A DNA stretch of 64,000 nucleotides, from assembly GCA_963832135.1 (NCBI GenBank), contig CAWHTD010000005.1:41730-105729 (forward strand), read 5' to 3'. Below, piece after piece: positions 19,988-30,895 of this stretch; the stretch's first letter is position 1, and each line of letters begins with the position of its first letter. Origin of the DNA: Vicinamibacteria bacterium (GTDB lineage Bacteria > Acidobacteriota > Vicinamibacteria > Vicinamibacterales > JAENWD01). The notes under the pieces are model-generated. The model did no database searches. It was not told the origin of the DNA and saw only the letters and a list, made by a program, of their open reading frames with translations. A program made the translations under genes and the position numbers.

Positions 19988-21531
19988 TGGTTGGGCTCCA
20001 GGAGGCGAAGCTGCAGGCGCGACGTGGCTTCGTCTTCCTGACGAAGGGACTTCGCGAGCGCGAGTTGCTTGTCCGCCTCTTCTTTCCGGCCCATTCGTGC
20101 GAGCAGCAGCCCGAGCTGATAGTTCGCTTTCACCGATTTGGGATTCAGGCGCACCGCCCTCTGCAGGTTGCTTTCCGCCTCCGTGTAGCGCTGTGCGCTC
20201 ATGAGCAATCCGCCCAGGGCTTCACATGATGGGGCGTGATCGGGATACTGCTGAAGGACTTTCTCCAGGGCCCCGATCGCCTCGGCATCGTTTCCCTGGT
20301 CTCTCGCGACCAGTGCGAGGTAGTAGTAGGACGAAAGCTGCTGCGGCTCCAGTCGAATGCTCTCCCGGAGATGCTTGGCCGCTTCAGCCAGATGCCCCTG
20401 GATGTGCAGGACCGATCCCAGCGCATATTGAAGCTGCGCGTCGGCCGGCTGCTTCAGGACGAGCTGTTCGAGCAGAGCCTGTGCGGCTTCGAACTGTCGC
20501 TTTCCGACCTTCGCGGCGGCCAGCGTGTACTGATACACGGCGACTCCCGGCCGCATGCCGGCGGCACTGGTCAAGGCGGGTTCGGCATCGTCCAGAAGAT
20601 CCATTTTCAGGCAGACACGGCCGAATCCGAGCAGGATCTCCGGCTCATTCGGCGCCATTTTTCTGGCTCGCACCCAATACGAGAGCGAGCGTTCGAGCTC
20701 GCCGCGCTGCTCCGCGATCGCGGCCGCTTGCTGCAGCGCGGGAATCGAGTCGGCCTTCAGGCTCAACGCCAGATCGTAGGCGTCGAGTGCCCGCGCCGGA
20801 TCGCCGTTCAAGAGGTACGCGCCGCCGAGATTGAAGGCGAGCTCGTACGACGGGCGGCCCGCTTTGCTGGGCGTGCTCGAGGATCTCGATCGCTTCGGCG
20901 ACGATCTCCTCTTCGACCAGCAGCAGTGCGAGCTTGATCGACGAGGCCAGGGGCACGTCGGAAAGCTGCGACCAGTCTTTGATGAGCCGATGGCGATCAC
21001 GCTCGCCGTCTTCAGAAGATCGGTGTCCAGGACGAGCAACCCGTCCGGCGACTGCCTGAATGCGGAGGGCCGGCTGCGCGAGTCCAACGACTGCGTGTAA
21101 TGCCCCTTCTCCATCGCCGAACGCGCCAGCGCCAGCTCGCCGTCGCATTCGCCGGATCCAGCTCGAGGGCGCGCCGGAACATCCGAGCGCCGGTTCGTGT
21201 TTTCCTTGAAGCGTGTAGATCTGAGCGAGTGTCAAGATGGGCGCCAAGCAGGCGGGGCTCGAGCCGAATAGCCTTCTCGGAGAAACCTGGCGCCTCGTCG
21301 GGACGCTTCTGTTGAACCCGAATGCGCCCAGGACGGAATACGCGACGGCTCGCGTCTCGGGATCTGCGAGGGCGAGACGTGCCTGCCGATCGGCTTCGTC
21401 GAGGCGGCCCTGCTGAACGAGCATGGCCGCTTTCTGAAGAGGCCGTCGATGGCGCGGTCGGCGCTTACGAGGGCTCGCAGTGGAAACAGCGCCAGGAGGG
21501 CCACAGAACAGAATCGCGCGGACAGCACCAT
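19984..21531 (-). pseudogene. TPR repeat protein, frame broken several times in its 5' half, or indel errors
   Basis: The 3' two-thirds are clean TPR in ORF 19984-21114. The signal peptide (MVLSARFCSVALLALFPL) and other TPR pieces (AAMLVQQGRLDEADRQARLALADPE, LAPILTLAQIYTLQGK, ASSIKLALLLVEEEIVAEAIEILE) are spread over two other frames. Confidence 0.7.
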
Positions 21532-21628
21532 ATGCTCGGTGTGCCCGCGCGAAGACGATCTGTCCAACCACATCCCTATCGTAATCTGCCGTCGCCGGTC
21601 AGGACCGACTGATGGTCCCTGCGCCGCG

Positions 21629-24600
21629 CTAGAAGTCGAACCTCAAAGCAAACTGAACCGACCGCGGCTGATTACACTGCGTGACCGACCTGCCGAAGCT
21701 GCCGGAGCTCCAGTTGGTGCCCTTCGCCCGGATCGCAGAAGAGCGTCCGGTTGAAGAGGTTGCCGAACACTCGCCTGGAACCGGAGCTTCATGTCGTCCG
21801 GCAGCGGGAAGACCTTGAAGACGTTGACGTCCTCGCTGTAGATCGGGAACCCTCGCACCGTCTCCATCGCGCTCGGGGCGCTCCCGAAATTCAGCGGACC
21901 GGGATCGCTCCACGCCGCCGGGTTGAAGTACCGAGTCGGTATTCGGATCGAAATCGCCGCCGGCCGCCACAGGATCCACACCGGGATATTCGATTGGGGC
22001 GCTTCTGGCCATTGAACAGGAAGCCTCCAAGATCGTTGTTCATCACGATGTTGAAGGGGCGCCCGCTTTCGTAACGGAGAATGCCGGAGACATTCCACCC
22101 GCCGAGCGATGGCTTTCGACCACGCGGACTCCACCGCGCCGAGCCCGGGATCTCCCAGGTGAACGCCGTGAGGAACACGTGCGGCGCGTCGTCGCGCGCT
22201 GAGCGCCCACTCGAGCGGGTCGCCCGGATTCTGCATCAGGCCGTTGCCCCCGTCGTCGCCCTGGGCGCTCTCGGCGCCGTTGTTGCGCAGCCGCGAGTAG
22301 GTGTAGGCGACGCGCGCCTGCAGGCCCGCGCGAGAAACCGCCGCTCGAGGACGACTTCCATCGCGTGATACTGGCTCTCGCCGGTTGGGACACCGCGCCA
22401 CTGGATCAGTCTGGTACTGCGGGTACTTTCGCAGCGCCTGCGCGACGTTCCCCACGAAGCCTGGATAGGGCGGCGTGATGCCGGCGGCCTGCGCGGCCGG
22501 GGAGTTGATGTCCGACTGCAGCACCGCGGCGCCAAGGCGCGAGCACGCTGGGGTCGTTCATGTTGGCGTCGACGCCCACCGTCTGGAAGTGGTGGTTCAG
22601 CCGACTGCCGCGGTTGCCGATGTACGACACGTCCAGCATCATGTTGTCGGTGAGCTGGCGCTGGTACGTCACGCGACCAGTTCTGGAAGCGCGGCAGTGT
22701 CAACCCATCGGGCGCCACGGCCAGCGGCGACGTGCCGTTGGCGAATGTCGGATTGATGAACGGCGGCCGCACGACGTTCGCTGCAGGGAACCCATCGTCC
22801 AGATAGAATGCGGGGCGCACGCCGTTGGTGAGGTTCGGCGCCAGCAGGTTCGCCGCGAAGCCAAGCGTCGGCTGCCCGGTGAATTGCGAGAACGCGACGC
22901 CTGCGTAGTAGATCCCGTAGCCGCCACGAATCGCGTTTCGTCTCGCCGAGTCGATACGCGAACCCGACACGCGGCCCCCACGCGTCCTTCTTCGGGTCCT
23001 CGAACTTCCGCCGCCCCGAGCATCCCGCGCAGTCACCGGCAAAGATCAGCGCGCCGGGCAGATTCCCCGCCCCGGGATTGGGCGTGTTCGGATCGAAGGT
23101 GGAGTATTGATCGTCGCTTTCGGTCCGGGCGAACTGATAGTCGAAGCGCAGCCCGAGGGTCAGCGTCAGGTTGTCGTTCACCTTGAACTCGTCGTTGACC
23201 CACGCCGCCGTGTACGCTTCGTTGAACGTCGGGTAGACAGGGATCGTCTGAGTCGGAATCCTGGACCTGCCCCAGGAGGAACGACGCGAACGGATCGCCG
23301 GTCGGGCCGAGATTGTTGCCAGCGCTGTCATAGCCAGCCGTCGTCAGGCGATTGAAGTTGAATTGCCCGCCCGTGCTCGTCGCCCCAGCCGCGATTCGGG
23401 AAGTTGGTGATGGCGGTACTCGAACCCGAACTTTGCCGTGTGCCTGCCCTTCACCCACGTCAGGTCGTTCGAGAACTGCCAGCGATCGTTTTTCTCGAAG
23501 CCGAAGTTCTGCCAGTTCTGGCCGACCGTGCTGTACGGGGTGTTGCCGCCGAAGGTCATGACGGCGGCCCGGCGTTGTTGTCCAGCAGGCCGCCCTGATT
23601 GGCGCCCCAGAGCTGCTGCGGCCAGCCTACGCCCGCGGACAGGGAGTTGCCGCCCATGAACCAGCGGTCCCAGGCGACCGTGGAGTGGTTCACCAGGTTG
23701 TTGCGGATGATCCAGTCGAACTGCTGGTGGGCGTGATGCGTCGAAATCCGCTGGTAAAATCCTTCGCCGATGTAGGTGTTGTTGCTTCGCCGGCTCGGTC
23801 TCGCCAGAGAACTCGGTCGTGCAGCCGCCGACTCCGCCGCAGTTGCGAATGGAGGGCCGGCGATTCCAATAGAAGCTGAAGCTGTTCCGGAAATTTGGTG
23901 AGAAGTTGTGGTCAGCGCGGACGAGGATGTTCCGCGCGTCCAGTTCCCACGTCTGGTCTCCGGCCGGATTGCCCGCGACGTTGATTCGCAATGCCGGCCC
24001 TGTCAGGCTGCACCATCAGCGCGGCAATGTTTGCCGCCACCTGGCTTCGCAGCGGATCGTCTCCGGGAATCACGTTGCCCGGATACGGATCGCGCACGGG
24101 CACGCCGTTGACCAGGCGGGTCGTGGAGGGATTGAAAATCTGGCCCGGCAAAAATGGCCCGTCCCAGCGCGTCGGTTCCTATCTGATTCGTTGTCAGCAG
24201 CGAGCTGAAGTCGCCGGCCTTGAACGCGTCGATCGGCGTCGTGTTGCCGAACCCAGGGAGTATGCCCGAGCGAAGCCGCGTGTAGTCGAAGTTGGTGAAG
24301 AAGAACGTCTTGTTGTGCCCGTCGTACAGCTTTCGGGATCACGACGGGTCCGCCCAGCGTGAACCCGTAATTGTTGTTGCTCAAGCGGCGTTTTGCCGAG
24401 GGCGAAAAAGCCCTTCGCATTGAACGTATCGTCGGCAAAATACCCGTAGCCGCTTCCGTGGAGCGCGTTGGTGCCGGTCTTGGACGTGTACTCGATGAAG
24501 CCGCCGCTGGTGTGGCCGTACTGCGCCGAGTAGCTCGTGGTGATGACCTTCACTTCCTGGACGGAGTCGACTGGAGGCGTGCTCTCCTGGCTCTGCTGGT

Positions 24601-25243
24601 GCCCGCTGGCGTAGCCGAACGCGGCGCCGTCGAAGAAATTCTCACTCGCCATCGTCTGGCCGCCGTTGATGCGGGAATTGAACTGGCTGCCGCGGAACAT
24701 CGGGTCGCCATTCGGCTTCATCGGCAGGTAGCCGGGCTGCATCAGAAGCACGGACTCGGCGAGGCGGACATCGCCGGCCGTGACGATCGGGAGGTCCTGG
24801 TAGTACTTTTCGTTTACCGTGTGGCTCACATCCGGCTGGGTGACGTTGAGTCCCGAAGCGGACTTCACTTCAACCGACTCCGTCAGCGCGCCAACCTCCA
24901 GGCTGACGTCATGGCGGATGGCGTCTCCGCCCTCGAGCAGAATTCCCGAACTCACGGACTTCTTGAATCCCTGCAGATCGACAGTCACCGAATACTGGCC
25001 CAGTACCAGGGGCGGAGTTGCGTATGCGCCGGCAGCATTAGTCGTAAGAACGGTGTTCACACCGGTCGCTTCATTGCGCACCGTGACCGTCGCGCCAGGA
25101 ACCGCTCCACCCTGTGCGTCGGTGACGACGCCGCTCACCGTGGCTCGGTCGGAGCGTTGTGCCAGAAGGGGACTGCTGAAACAGACACTCGCGCAGGCAG
25201 CGGTAATGACAACGCGGAGTACCGCGAGGTAGGGCCTCGTCAT
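21629..25243 (-). pseudogene. TonB-dependent receptor with CarboxypepD_reg N-domain (copy 1), heavily frame-disrupted, or indel errors
   Basis: Intact N-terminus: GGAGG RBS, ATG at 25243, signal peptide, then SGVVTDAQGGAVPGATVTVRNEATG and the plug. Barrel pieces are scattered over ORFs 24070-24438, 23912-24151, 23344-23991, 22669-23331, 22236-23042 and 21643-22524. The C-terminus ends in the typical aromatic residue (LRFDF stop at 21629). Confidence 0.8.
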
Positions 25244-25369
25244 GTCAACCTCCGGTTGAAGGTCGGACAAGCTCGCTTGCAAACGGCCTTTAACGAGCGG
25301 CGCGTGGCCGTTCGCAGCGAACTTCTCTGGGCCAACAACCACGACTCTTCGGTCAGCACCGGGGGCGCA

Positions 25370-25385
25370 CCGTGAACGTTCACGG
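25370..25385. promoter_or_regulatory. candidate LacI-family operator, perfect palindrome CCGTGAACGTTCACGG (site 1)
   Basis: Exact 16-bp palindrome with a central CG. It lies 15 nt downstream of the -10 of the TBDR-1 promoter and about 330 bp upstream of the divergent LacI gene. Confidence 0.65.
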
Positions 25386-25400
25386 CTGGCAATGTCGCGG

Positions 25401-25429
25401 AAATTAGCGCCAAATTAAAGTATTGTCAA
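25401..25429 (-). promoter_or_regulatory. sigma70-type promoter TTGACA-N17-TAATTT for TBDR-1 and the downstream gene string
   Basis: On the minus strand, TTGACA is at 25429-25424 and TAATTT at 25406-25401. Same architecture as the TBDR-2 promoter at 45016-45044. Confidence 0.6.
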
Positions 25430-25713
25430 GCTTAATCTGTTTCAACTAGCTGGGCAGCACAACGGAGCCGCCTTCCGGACAAGCGCCATCGCGTCAGGTC
25501 TGACATCGGCCCATAGCAACCACGATGATGTCGGACCATCGACGCGATCCCGGCGCGACGCACGAGGTGCCGGCTGAGGTCCGCACCCACGGCCGGCGAC
25601 GATGAGTCAGGACCGCTTCCGATATTCGACGCGTACTTATCGTGGGGGTTCCCGCTAAAACGTCCTGCGCCAAGGCGCATGCGTAATGAGTAGGGACTAA
25701 GATATGGCGTCGC

Positions 25714-26916
25714 ATGCCGTCCGACGCCAAGACCCGGCCTCCGACGCCTCCGCCCGTGGGCATCAAGGACATCGCGCGTGCCCTCGGCATTTCCACGGGC
25801 ACCGTCGATCGCGCGCTGCACGGCAAGCCAGACGTCAGTCCCACGACGCGCGATCGCGTCCTCGACATGGCCGAGACGCTGGGGTATCGGCCGAACCTCG
25901 CGGCGCGCTACCTGCAATCACGAAAGCAGCTCCGCATCTCGGTCCAACTGCCCCGAAAGATCGCGCTCTTCTGGGACTCGCTGCGCGAAGGGATTCGCGA
26001 AGCCGCAGCGCCGTTTGCGCCGGCTCTGCACGTCGACTTCCGTACCTACCCGAGCCTGGGCGAGGGCGACATTCCCCTGTTCGAGGACGCGCTTCGAGAC
26101 GGCACGGACGGGCTGATCATCGCGCCGGGCAATCCCGTCAGGCTGGCCGCGCAGCTGCGCAAAGCGGCGCGTCGGCAGATCCCGGTGGTGTGTGTCGTCA
26201 CGGACGCGCCCGAGAGTCAGCGTCTGACGTCGGTCTCCGCCGACCCCTTCACCGTCGGCGCCGTCGCAGGCGAGCTCCTTGGGCGATTTCTGCCGGGCGG
26301 CGGGCAGGTCGCGTTCTTCACGGGATGGCTGGCCACGCAGGACCACGCCGACAAGCTCCGCGGATTCGAATGGAGCCTCCAGTCCACGGGCGCAGCGATC
26401 AAGCTCGGACCGATCGTCGAAGCCCACGACGATGAACGCGAGGGCCGTCGCCGGACGCTGAGTGTCCTCCGCGAGCACCCGAACCTGAAGGGGATCTACA
26501 TCAGCACGGTGAACTCATTGCCCGTCTTGCGCGCCGCCGAGCAAGAGGGACATCTCTCGAGGCTCACCGTTGTGACGACGGACCTCTTTCCGGAGCTGGT
26601 AGAGTGGATCCGCGCCGGGAAGGTCGCCGCGACGGTGTACCAGCGGCCGCTCAGTCAGGGACGTCTGGCGCTCCAGGCGCTCTACCAATTTCTTCTGAAC
26701 GGCACGCGGCCTCCGTCACGCCTGCGCGTGGTGCCGCATCTGGTCATGCGCAGCAATCTCGATCTGTTCCTCGAGCGCCTCCCCGTCGATCTCGACGCCG
26801 CCAGCCCCGGGCCCGGCGCCAACCGCACGACGGTGCGGCGCGCAGTGGCACGCGGCGTCGCCGCCCGCGCGACCGGTACGAAGCCACGACGGCGAGCGGC
26901 CGCCCGGCGCGCGTGA
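25714..26916 (+). CDS. LacI-family transcriptional regulator
   Basis: N-terminal HTH (GIKDIARALGISTGTVDRALHGKPDVSPTTRDRVLDMAETLGYRPNLAARYLQ) followed by a periplasmic-binding-protein-like sugar-binding fold. Arg/Ala-rich C-terminal tail. Confidence 0.9.
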   Translation: MPSDAKTRPPTPPPVGIKDIARALGISTGTVDRALHGKPDVSPTTRDRVLDMAETLGYRPNLAARYLQSRKQLRISVQLPRKIALFWDSLREGIREAAAPFAPALHVDFRTYPSLGEGDIPLFEDALRDGTDGLIIAPGNPVRLAAQLRKAARRQIPVVCVVTDAPESQRLTSVSADPFTVGAVAGELLGRFLPGGGQVAFFTGWLATQDHADKLRGFEWSLQSTGAAIKLGPIVEAHDDEREGRRRTLSVLREHPNLKGIYISTVNSLPVLRAAEQEGHLSRLTVVTTDLFPELVEWIRAGKVAATVYQRPLSQGRLALQALYQFLLNGTRPPSRLRVVPHLVMRSNLDLFLERLPVDLDAASPGPGANRTTVRRAVARGVAARATGTKPRRRAAARRA

Positions 26917-26943
26917 GGCCCGTCTGTCTCGAAGGAGAATGTC

Positions 26944-27810
26944 ATGTTCGGCATAGTCTGGATCACTCCTCTCGTGCGCAAGTTGCGCGTCGATGGCACC
27001 CTGCTCGCGCTCGTGTCTGCGCTTGCGATCGCCTCTGCGTGTTCCGACAAAGCGAATCAACCGGCTCCAGCGACGAGCCAGGCGCCTCCGCCCCCCGCCA
27101 GCCCGGCACCCGAGGCCGAGCCGCAGGCCCCGGCACCGGCCGATCAGCAGCCGCCCCCGGGTTCTGGCCCGGTCGACGCGCCGCACGATGAGGCTCCGCC
27201 TGCCGCTCGGCCGACGGCATCGCAACTCTCACCATCGGCGACCGCCGCGGCTCCACGCGCGGTCACCCCTGCTCCCCCGCGCTTCAGGGAAGTCACGCTG
27301 CCAGCGGGTACCGAGCTTGCCCTCCGCCTCGAAAGTCCGGTGGCGTCCGACACGAGCCACGTCGAAGATCCGGTTCGCGCGGTCGTTCGTCGCGCCGTTG
27401 TCCGCGGCGCAATGACCGTCCTTCCCGCGGGCACTCCGCTCACCGGACAGATTACCGCGGTCGAACGCGCGGGAAAGGTAAAAGGCCGTGCGCGAGTGGC
27501 GTTCCGCTTCGATGCGCTGACGGTGGACGACGAGCGCTATGACATCGCGACCAGCCGTGTGGCACGCGAGGCGCGGGGCACGAAGAAAAAAGATGCGACG
27601 AAGGTCGGGATTGGCGCCGGCGCTGGCGCGATCGTTGGCGGAATTCTCGGGGGCGGTAAGGGCGCTGCCATTGGCGCCGGCGTCGGGGCCGGCGCGGGCA
27701 CGGGTGTCGTGATGAGCACTCGCGGCGAAGAAGTGCGGCTCGCGACAGGCACGGCCGTGACGGTGACGCTCTCGAATCCGCTGACGATTCGCGTGCCGAT
27801 TGCACGATGA
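26944..27810 (+). CDS. lipoprotein with Pro-rich linker and C-terminal glycine-zipper segment
   Basis: GAAGGAGAA RBS, lipobox (LAIASAC), Pro/Ala-rich low-complexity region, and glycine zipper (GIGAGAGAIVGGILGGGKGAAIGAGVGAGAGTG). Confidence 0.6.
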   Translation: MFGIVWITPLVRKLRVDGTLLALVSALAIASACSDKANQPAPATSQAPPPPASPAPEAEPQAPAPADQQPPPGSGPVDAPHDEAPPAARPTASQLSPSATAAAPRAVTPAPPRFREVTLPAGTELALRLESPVASDTSHVEDPVRAVVRRAVVRGAMTVLPAGTPLTGQITAVERAGKVKGRARVAFRFDALTVDDERYDIATSRVAREARGTKKKDATKVGIGAGAGAIVGGILGGGKGAAIGAGVGAGAGTGVVMSTRGEEVRLATGTAVTVTLSNPLTIRVPIAR

Positions 27811-28233
27811 GCAGTCGGCCCGTCTGCGCCGGGCACTGCACACACGCCAGAGTTCGTCAGGCCTCATCAGACGCTCGCCGTTTTTGAGGAGCGCCTGAGC
27901 CGCCCGGGATCGAACTGCCACGTCCCGCAAACGAACAGCGCTCGCAGCCGCTGGAGGACGGCGTTGCGGCGTTCGCTGTGAAAATCGCACGGCTCCACCG
28001 GCTGGATCCTGGAACACGATTTGCGCCTGCCACAACGGATTTAGGCGCAGAGGCCCGCTTGTATTGGCGATACCTCGTATGTAGAGCGGACCTTCCGCCT
28101 TCGCTCGGGAAGCGTCGGCGGACCGCTGGAGCCTCGGCGGAGGCTGGCTTGGTCCGCCTCCGGGGCTGAAGCCGCGCGCTACATCAGACTCGGGCGCCCA
28201 ACACAATTACGCTCTGGGCCCAGGGAGGCTCTG

Positions 28234-29614
28234 ATGGCACGCTCTACGCGCGTCGGCTGGACACCCGCGAACCCATTGGCCGCATGGTCCGTCGCGGCCA
28301 CAGCGTTAATCACGGTGCTCGCGTGTTCGGTCGACTTGCCCGCGGTGACGTCTGGCATTGGCGGGTCGGCGCAAACCGCAGTGAATGCCCAGGCGTCGAC
28401 TTCGAGTGGGACTGACTGGTTCCTCTGGGGAGGGACGAATCGCGATTTCAAGTCGTCCTCGCGAAGCCTGGCCGCGACCTGGCCCGCCTGCGGTCCTCGC
28501 CGTATCTGGAGCCGCGCCTTGGGAGAGGGCCATTCCGCTGCGGCGGTTCAGGGCAACCGCGTCTACACCACCTACAGCGTGGGACGCTCGATGATCACGA
28601 GCATTCTCTGGGGCCGCCGCACGGTCGTCACTGCCTTGGACGCGAGCAGCGGCAAGACCGTGTGGGAGCACGAGTACGACTCATCGTTTCGAAACGATGG
28701 TGCGGAGCTCGGCGACGGGCCCTATGCCATGCCCCAAGTCGTGGGCGATCGCCTCGTGACCGTGGACGGTGGCGCGCGGTTGCTGTCGCTCGACAAACGG
28801 ACCGGTACGCCTGTGTGGTCGCACGACCTCTACGAGGAGTTCGGCGGCTCGCGAATGCAATTTGGCTATTCCTCTCATGCCCTGCCGTACAAGAACACGC
28901 TGATCGTAATGGTCGGTGGCACACAGAAGGCGCTGATGGCATTCAATCAGGCCGATGGCAAGGTCTTGTGGGGGCGCCATAGCTACCCGAACTCCCATTC
29001 CTCGCCGCTGCTGATCAACGTGGACGGCCAGGATCAGGTGGTGGCCCTGATGGGCCAGCAGGTCGTCGGCATTGATCCGACGAAAGGCAATAAGCTCTGG
29101 GAGCACCCGCATCCGACCCAGTACCGACCTGGCGATCAGCACGCCTGTGTGGGGGCCCGACAACATCCTCGTCGTTTCCTCGTCGTACGAGGGGGGCACG
29201 CGCGCGCTCCACCTGTCGCAAGAGGGCGGCAAGACAGCCGTGAAGGAGATCTGGCACAACCCGCGCGTGCGCGTGCATTTCGGCACGATGATTCGCGACG
29301 GCGACACGCTCTACGGTGCGAGTGGCCACGATGGGCCCGCTCCGATCACGGCTCTCGACGTCAAGACGGGCAAGATGCTGTGGAACTCGGGTCGAGAGAT
29401 GGCCAAGTCGCAACTGCTGCTCGCCGACGGCAAGCTGATCATCCTCGATCAGGACGGTGTTCTGGCGCTCGCGACCGCCTCGCGTGATGGGTTCAAGGTG
29501 CAGTCGAAGGTCCAGCTGCTGCAGCGGGTTTCGTGGACGCCGCCTACGCTGGCGGGCTCGAGGCTCTACATCCGCGATCGGAAGAGCATCATGGCCCTCG
29601 ATCTCTCCAGGTGA
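28234..29614 (+). pseudogene. PQQ-like (BamB/YxaL-type) beta-propeller repeat protein, one frameshift near 29125, or an indel error
   Basis: Repeats of the G-K-x-(L/V)-W type (SSGKTVWEH, RTGTPVWSH, ADGKVLWG, TKGNKLWEH). The protein continues in the frame of ORF 29072-29614 (TGKMLWNS ... SRLYIRDRKSIMALDL). Confidence 0.7.
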
Positions 29615-29776
29615 GCGCGTCGATGGCCTGCCAGGCGCGCGACTGATCGCAAAGCTGCTGAGCGCTTTGGGCCGGGCGACATCTCGTGCTTGGTGGGCGG
29701 CCCACTTTCGTCCGGTGAGAGGACAGGATTGGAGACGCCAGATTCTTGATCATCGTGAATTGCCCGAAAGCGGTCA

Positions 29777-30624
29777 CTATCGAGACGCGATTGCTCGCCG
29801 GAGAAACTCGATGCCGTCAAACGCGATGGCATCCGGCGTCGGCTCGATGTCTCGCCAGATGGCGACCGCGGCACTGAACGCACCCAGCGAGGGACCGAAG
29901 CTCTCGATCGTCAACCAACCGTCGTATCGAAGGTCACGGAGCGCCTGAAACAGATGGGCCCACTCGACGTGACCGCTTCCTGGAGTACCCCGGTCGTTTT
30001 CCGAGATCTGCACGTGCTTCAAGTGCCGGCCGAGCCGCAGGCACGCACCCGCGATGTCTTTTTCCTCGATGTTTGCGTGAAAGGTGTCGAACGCCACGCC
30101 CACACGAGGATGCCCGACCTCGTCGCACAGGGCGGCGGCGTCGGCCGCGGTGTTGAGGAAGTACGTTTCGAAGCGATTGAGCGGCTCGATGGCCAGCGTG
30201 ACGCCACACGCATCGAGCGTCTCCGTGACTGATTGGTAGCCTTCGATGGCCCATTGCCATTCGTCTGGTGTGCGGCGCCGGCCAGGGAGATACCCAACGG
30301 GGCTGTAGAGCGGGCCGTCGATGACGCGAGCACCGACCTCCGCGGTGGCTTCTATCGCCTCTCGAAGGTGCTGGCGCGTGCGCCGCCGCACCTCGGCGTC
30401 GTCGCTGATCAGGCTTCGCCCCGTGGGAATGATGGAGCAGACCGTGCATTCGAGATCGTTTCGGCCGCGACGCCGTCGCGAATGTCCGCGGCCGGAAAGT
30501 CCGCGGGATCGAACATGGGCACTTCCACACCATCGAAGCCGTGCTCTTTGATTCGAGGCAGAAGAGCCAGCTGCGCGCGGCTGAACTCGGCCGACCAGAT
30601 GAACGTGTTCACCCCAAGCTTCAT
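29777..30624 (-). pseudogene. sugar phosphate isomerase/epimerase (xylose isomerase-like TIM barrel), one frameshift near 30470, or an indel error
   Basis: N-terminal piece (MKLGVNTFIWSAEF ... GFDGVEVPMFDP) in one frame. The rest (LAIEPLNRFETYFLNT ... FDTFHANIEE ... HVQISENDRGTPGSGHVEW) is in ORF 29777-30391. Confidence 0.75.
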
Positions 30625-30670
30625 GGTCAATGTTGTGCCCACAGTGGTGGAGGCGGGGTTTTGGCCCTCT

Positions 30671-30855
30671 TTAAACCCAGACTTCGCCGGGTAGATGACT
30701 CGAGATGTTGTTGCATTCGCCCGGCGGAGCCCGCCGAGACGGATCAAACGCAGAGCGCGCCGAGCCCGCAGAGTGCTTTTTGTCCTTTGCGATCTCAGCG
30801 TGCTCTGCGATGAGATCGGCTCTTCGTACCTGCCGCCTCCGCGCACTGCACCAGC
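30671..30855 (+). repeat. dispersed structured repeat, copy B
   Basis: Same blocks as copies A, C and D, with central hairpin CGATCTCA-N13-TGAGATCG. Lies between the Gfo/Idh/MocA stop and the isomerase start. Confidence 0.7.
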
Positions 30856-30895
30856 CCTTGCTCGGCCCTGCTTTAGCAAGCCGTTCAGTGCCGGA

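Noticed and set aside
25432-25917. ORFs in the 470-bp TBDR-1 / LacI divergent spacer, and the possibility of a riboswitch or small RNA at 25441-25700.
   Set aside because: The ORFs have no RBS and no protein-like composition. I could not recognise any known riboswitch core. Only short local hairpins are present, such as GTCAGGTCTGAC.
28075-28190. A GC-rich imperfect palindromic stretch (CGGAGGC-N11-GCCTCCG followed by GGGCTGAAGCCGCGCGCTAC) that resembles REP-type elements seen in soil bacteria.
   Set aside because: There is only one copy in the window and no clear function. It cannot be distinguished from an ordinary GC-rich hairpin without genome-wide counts.
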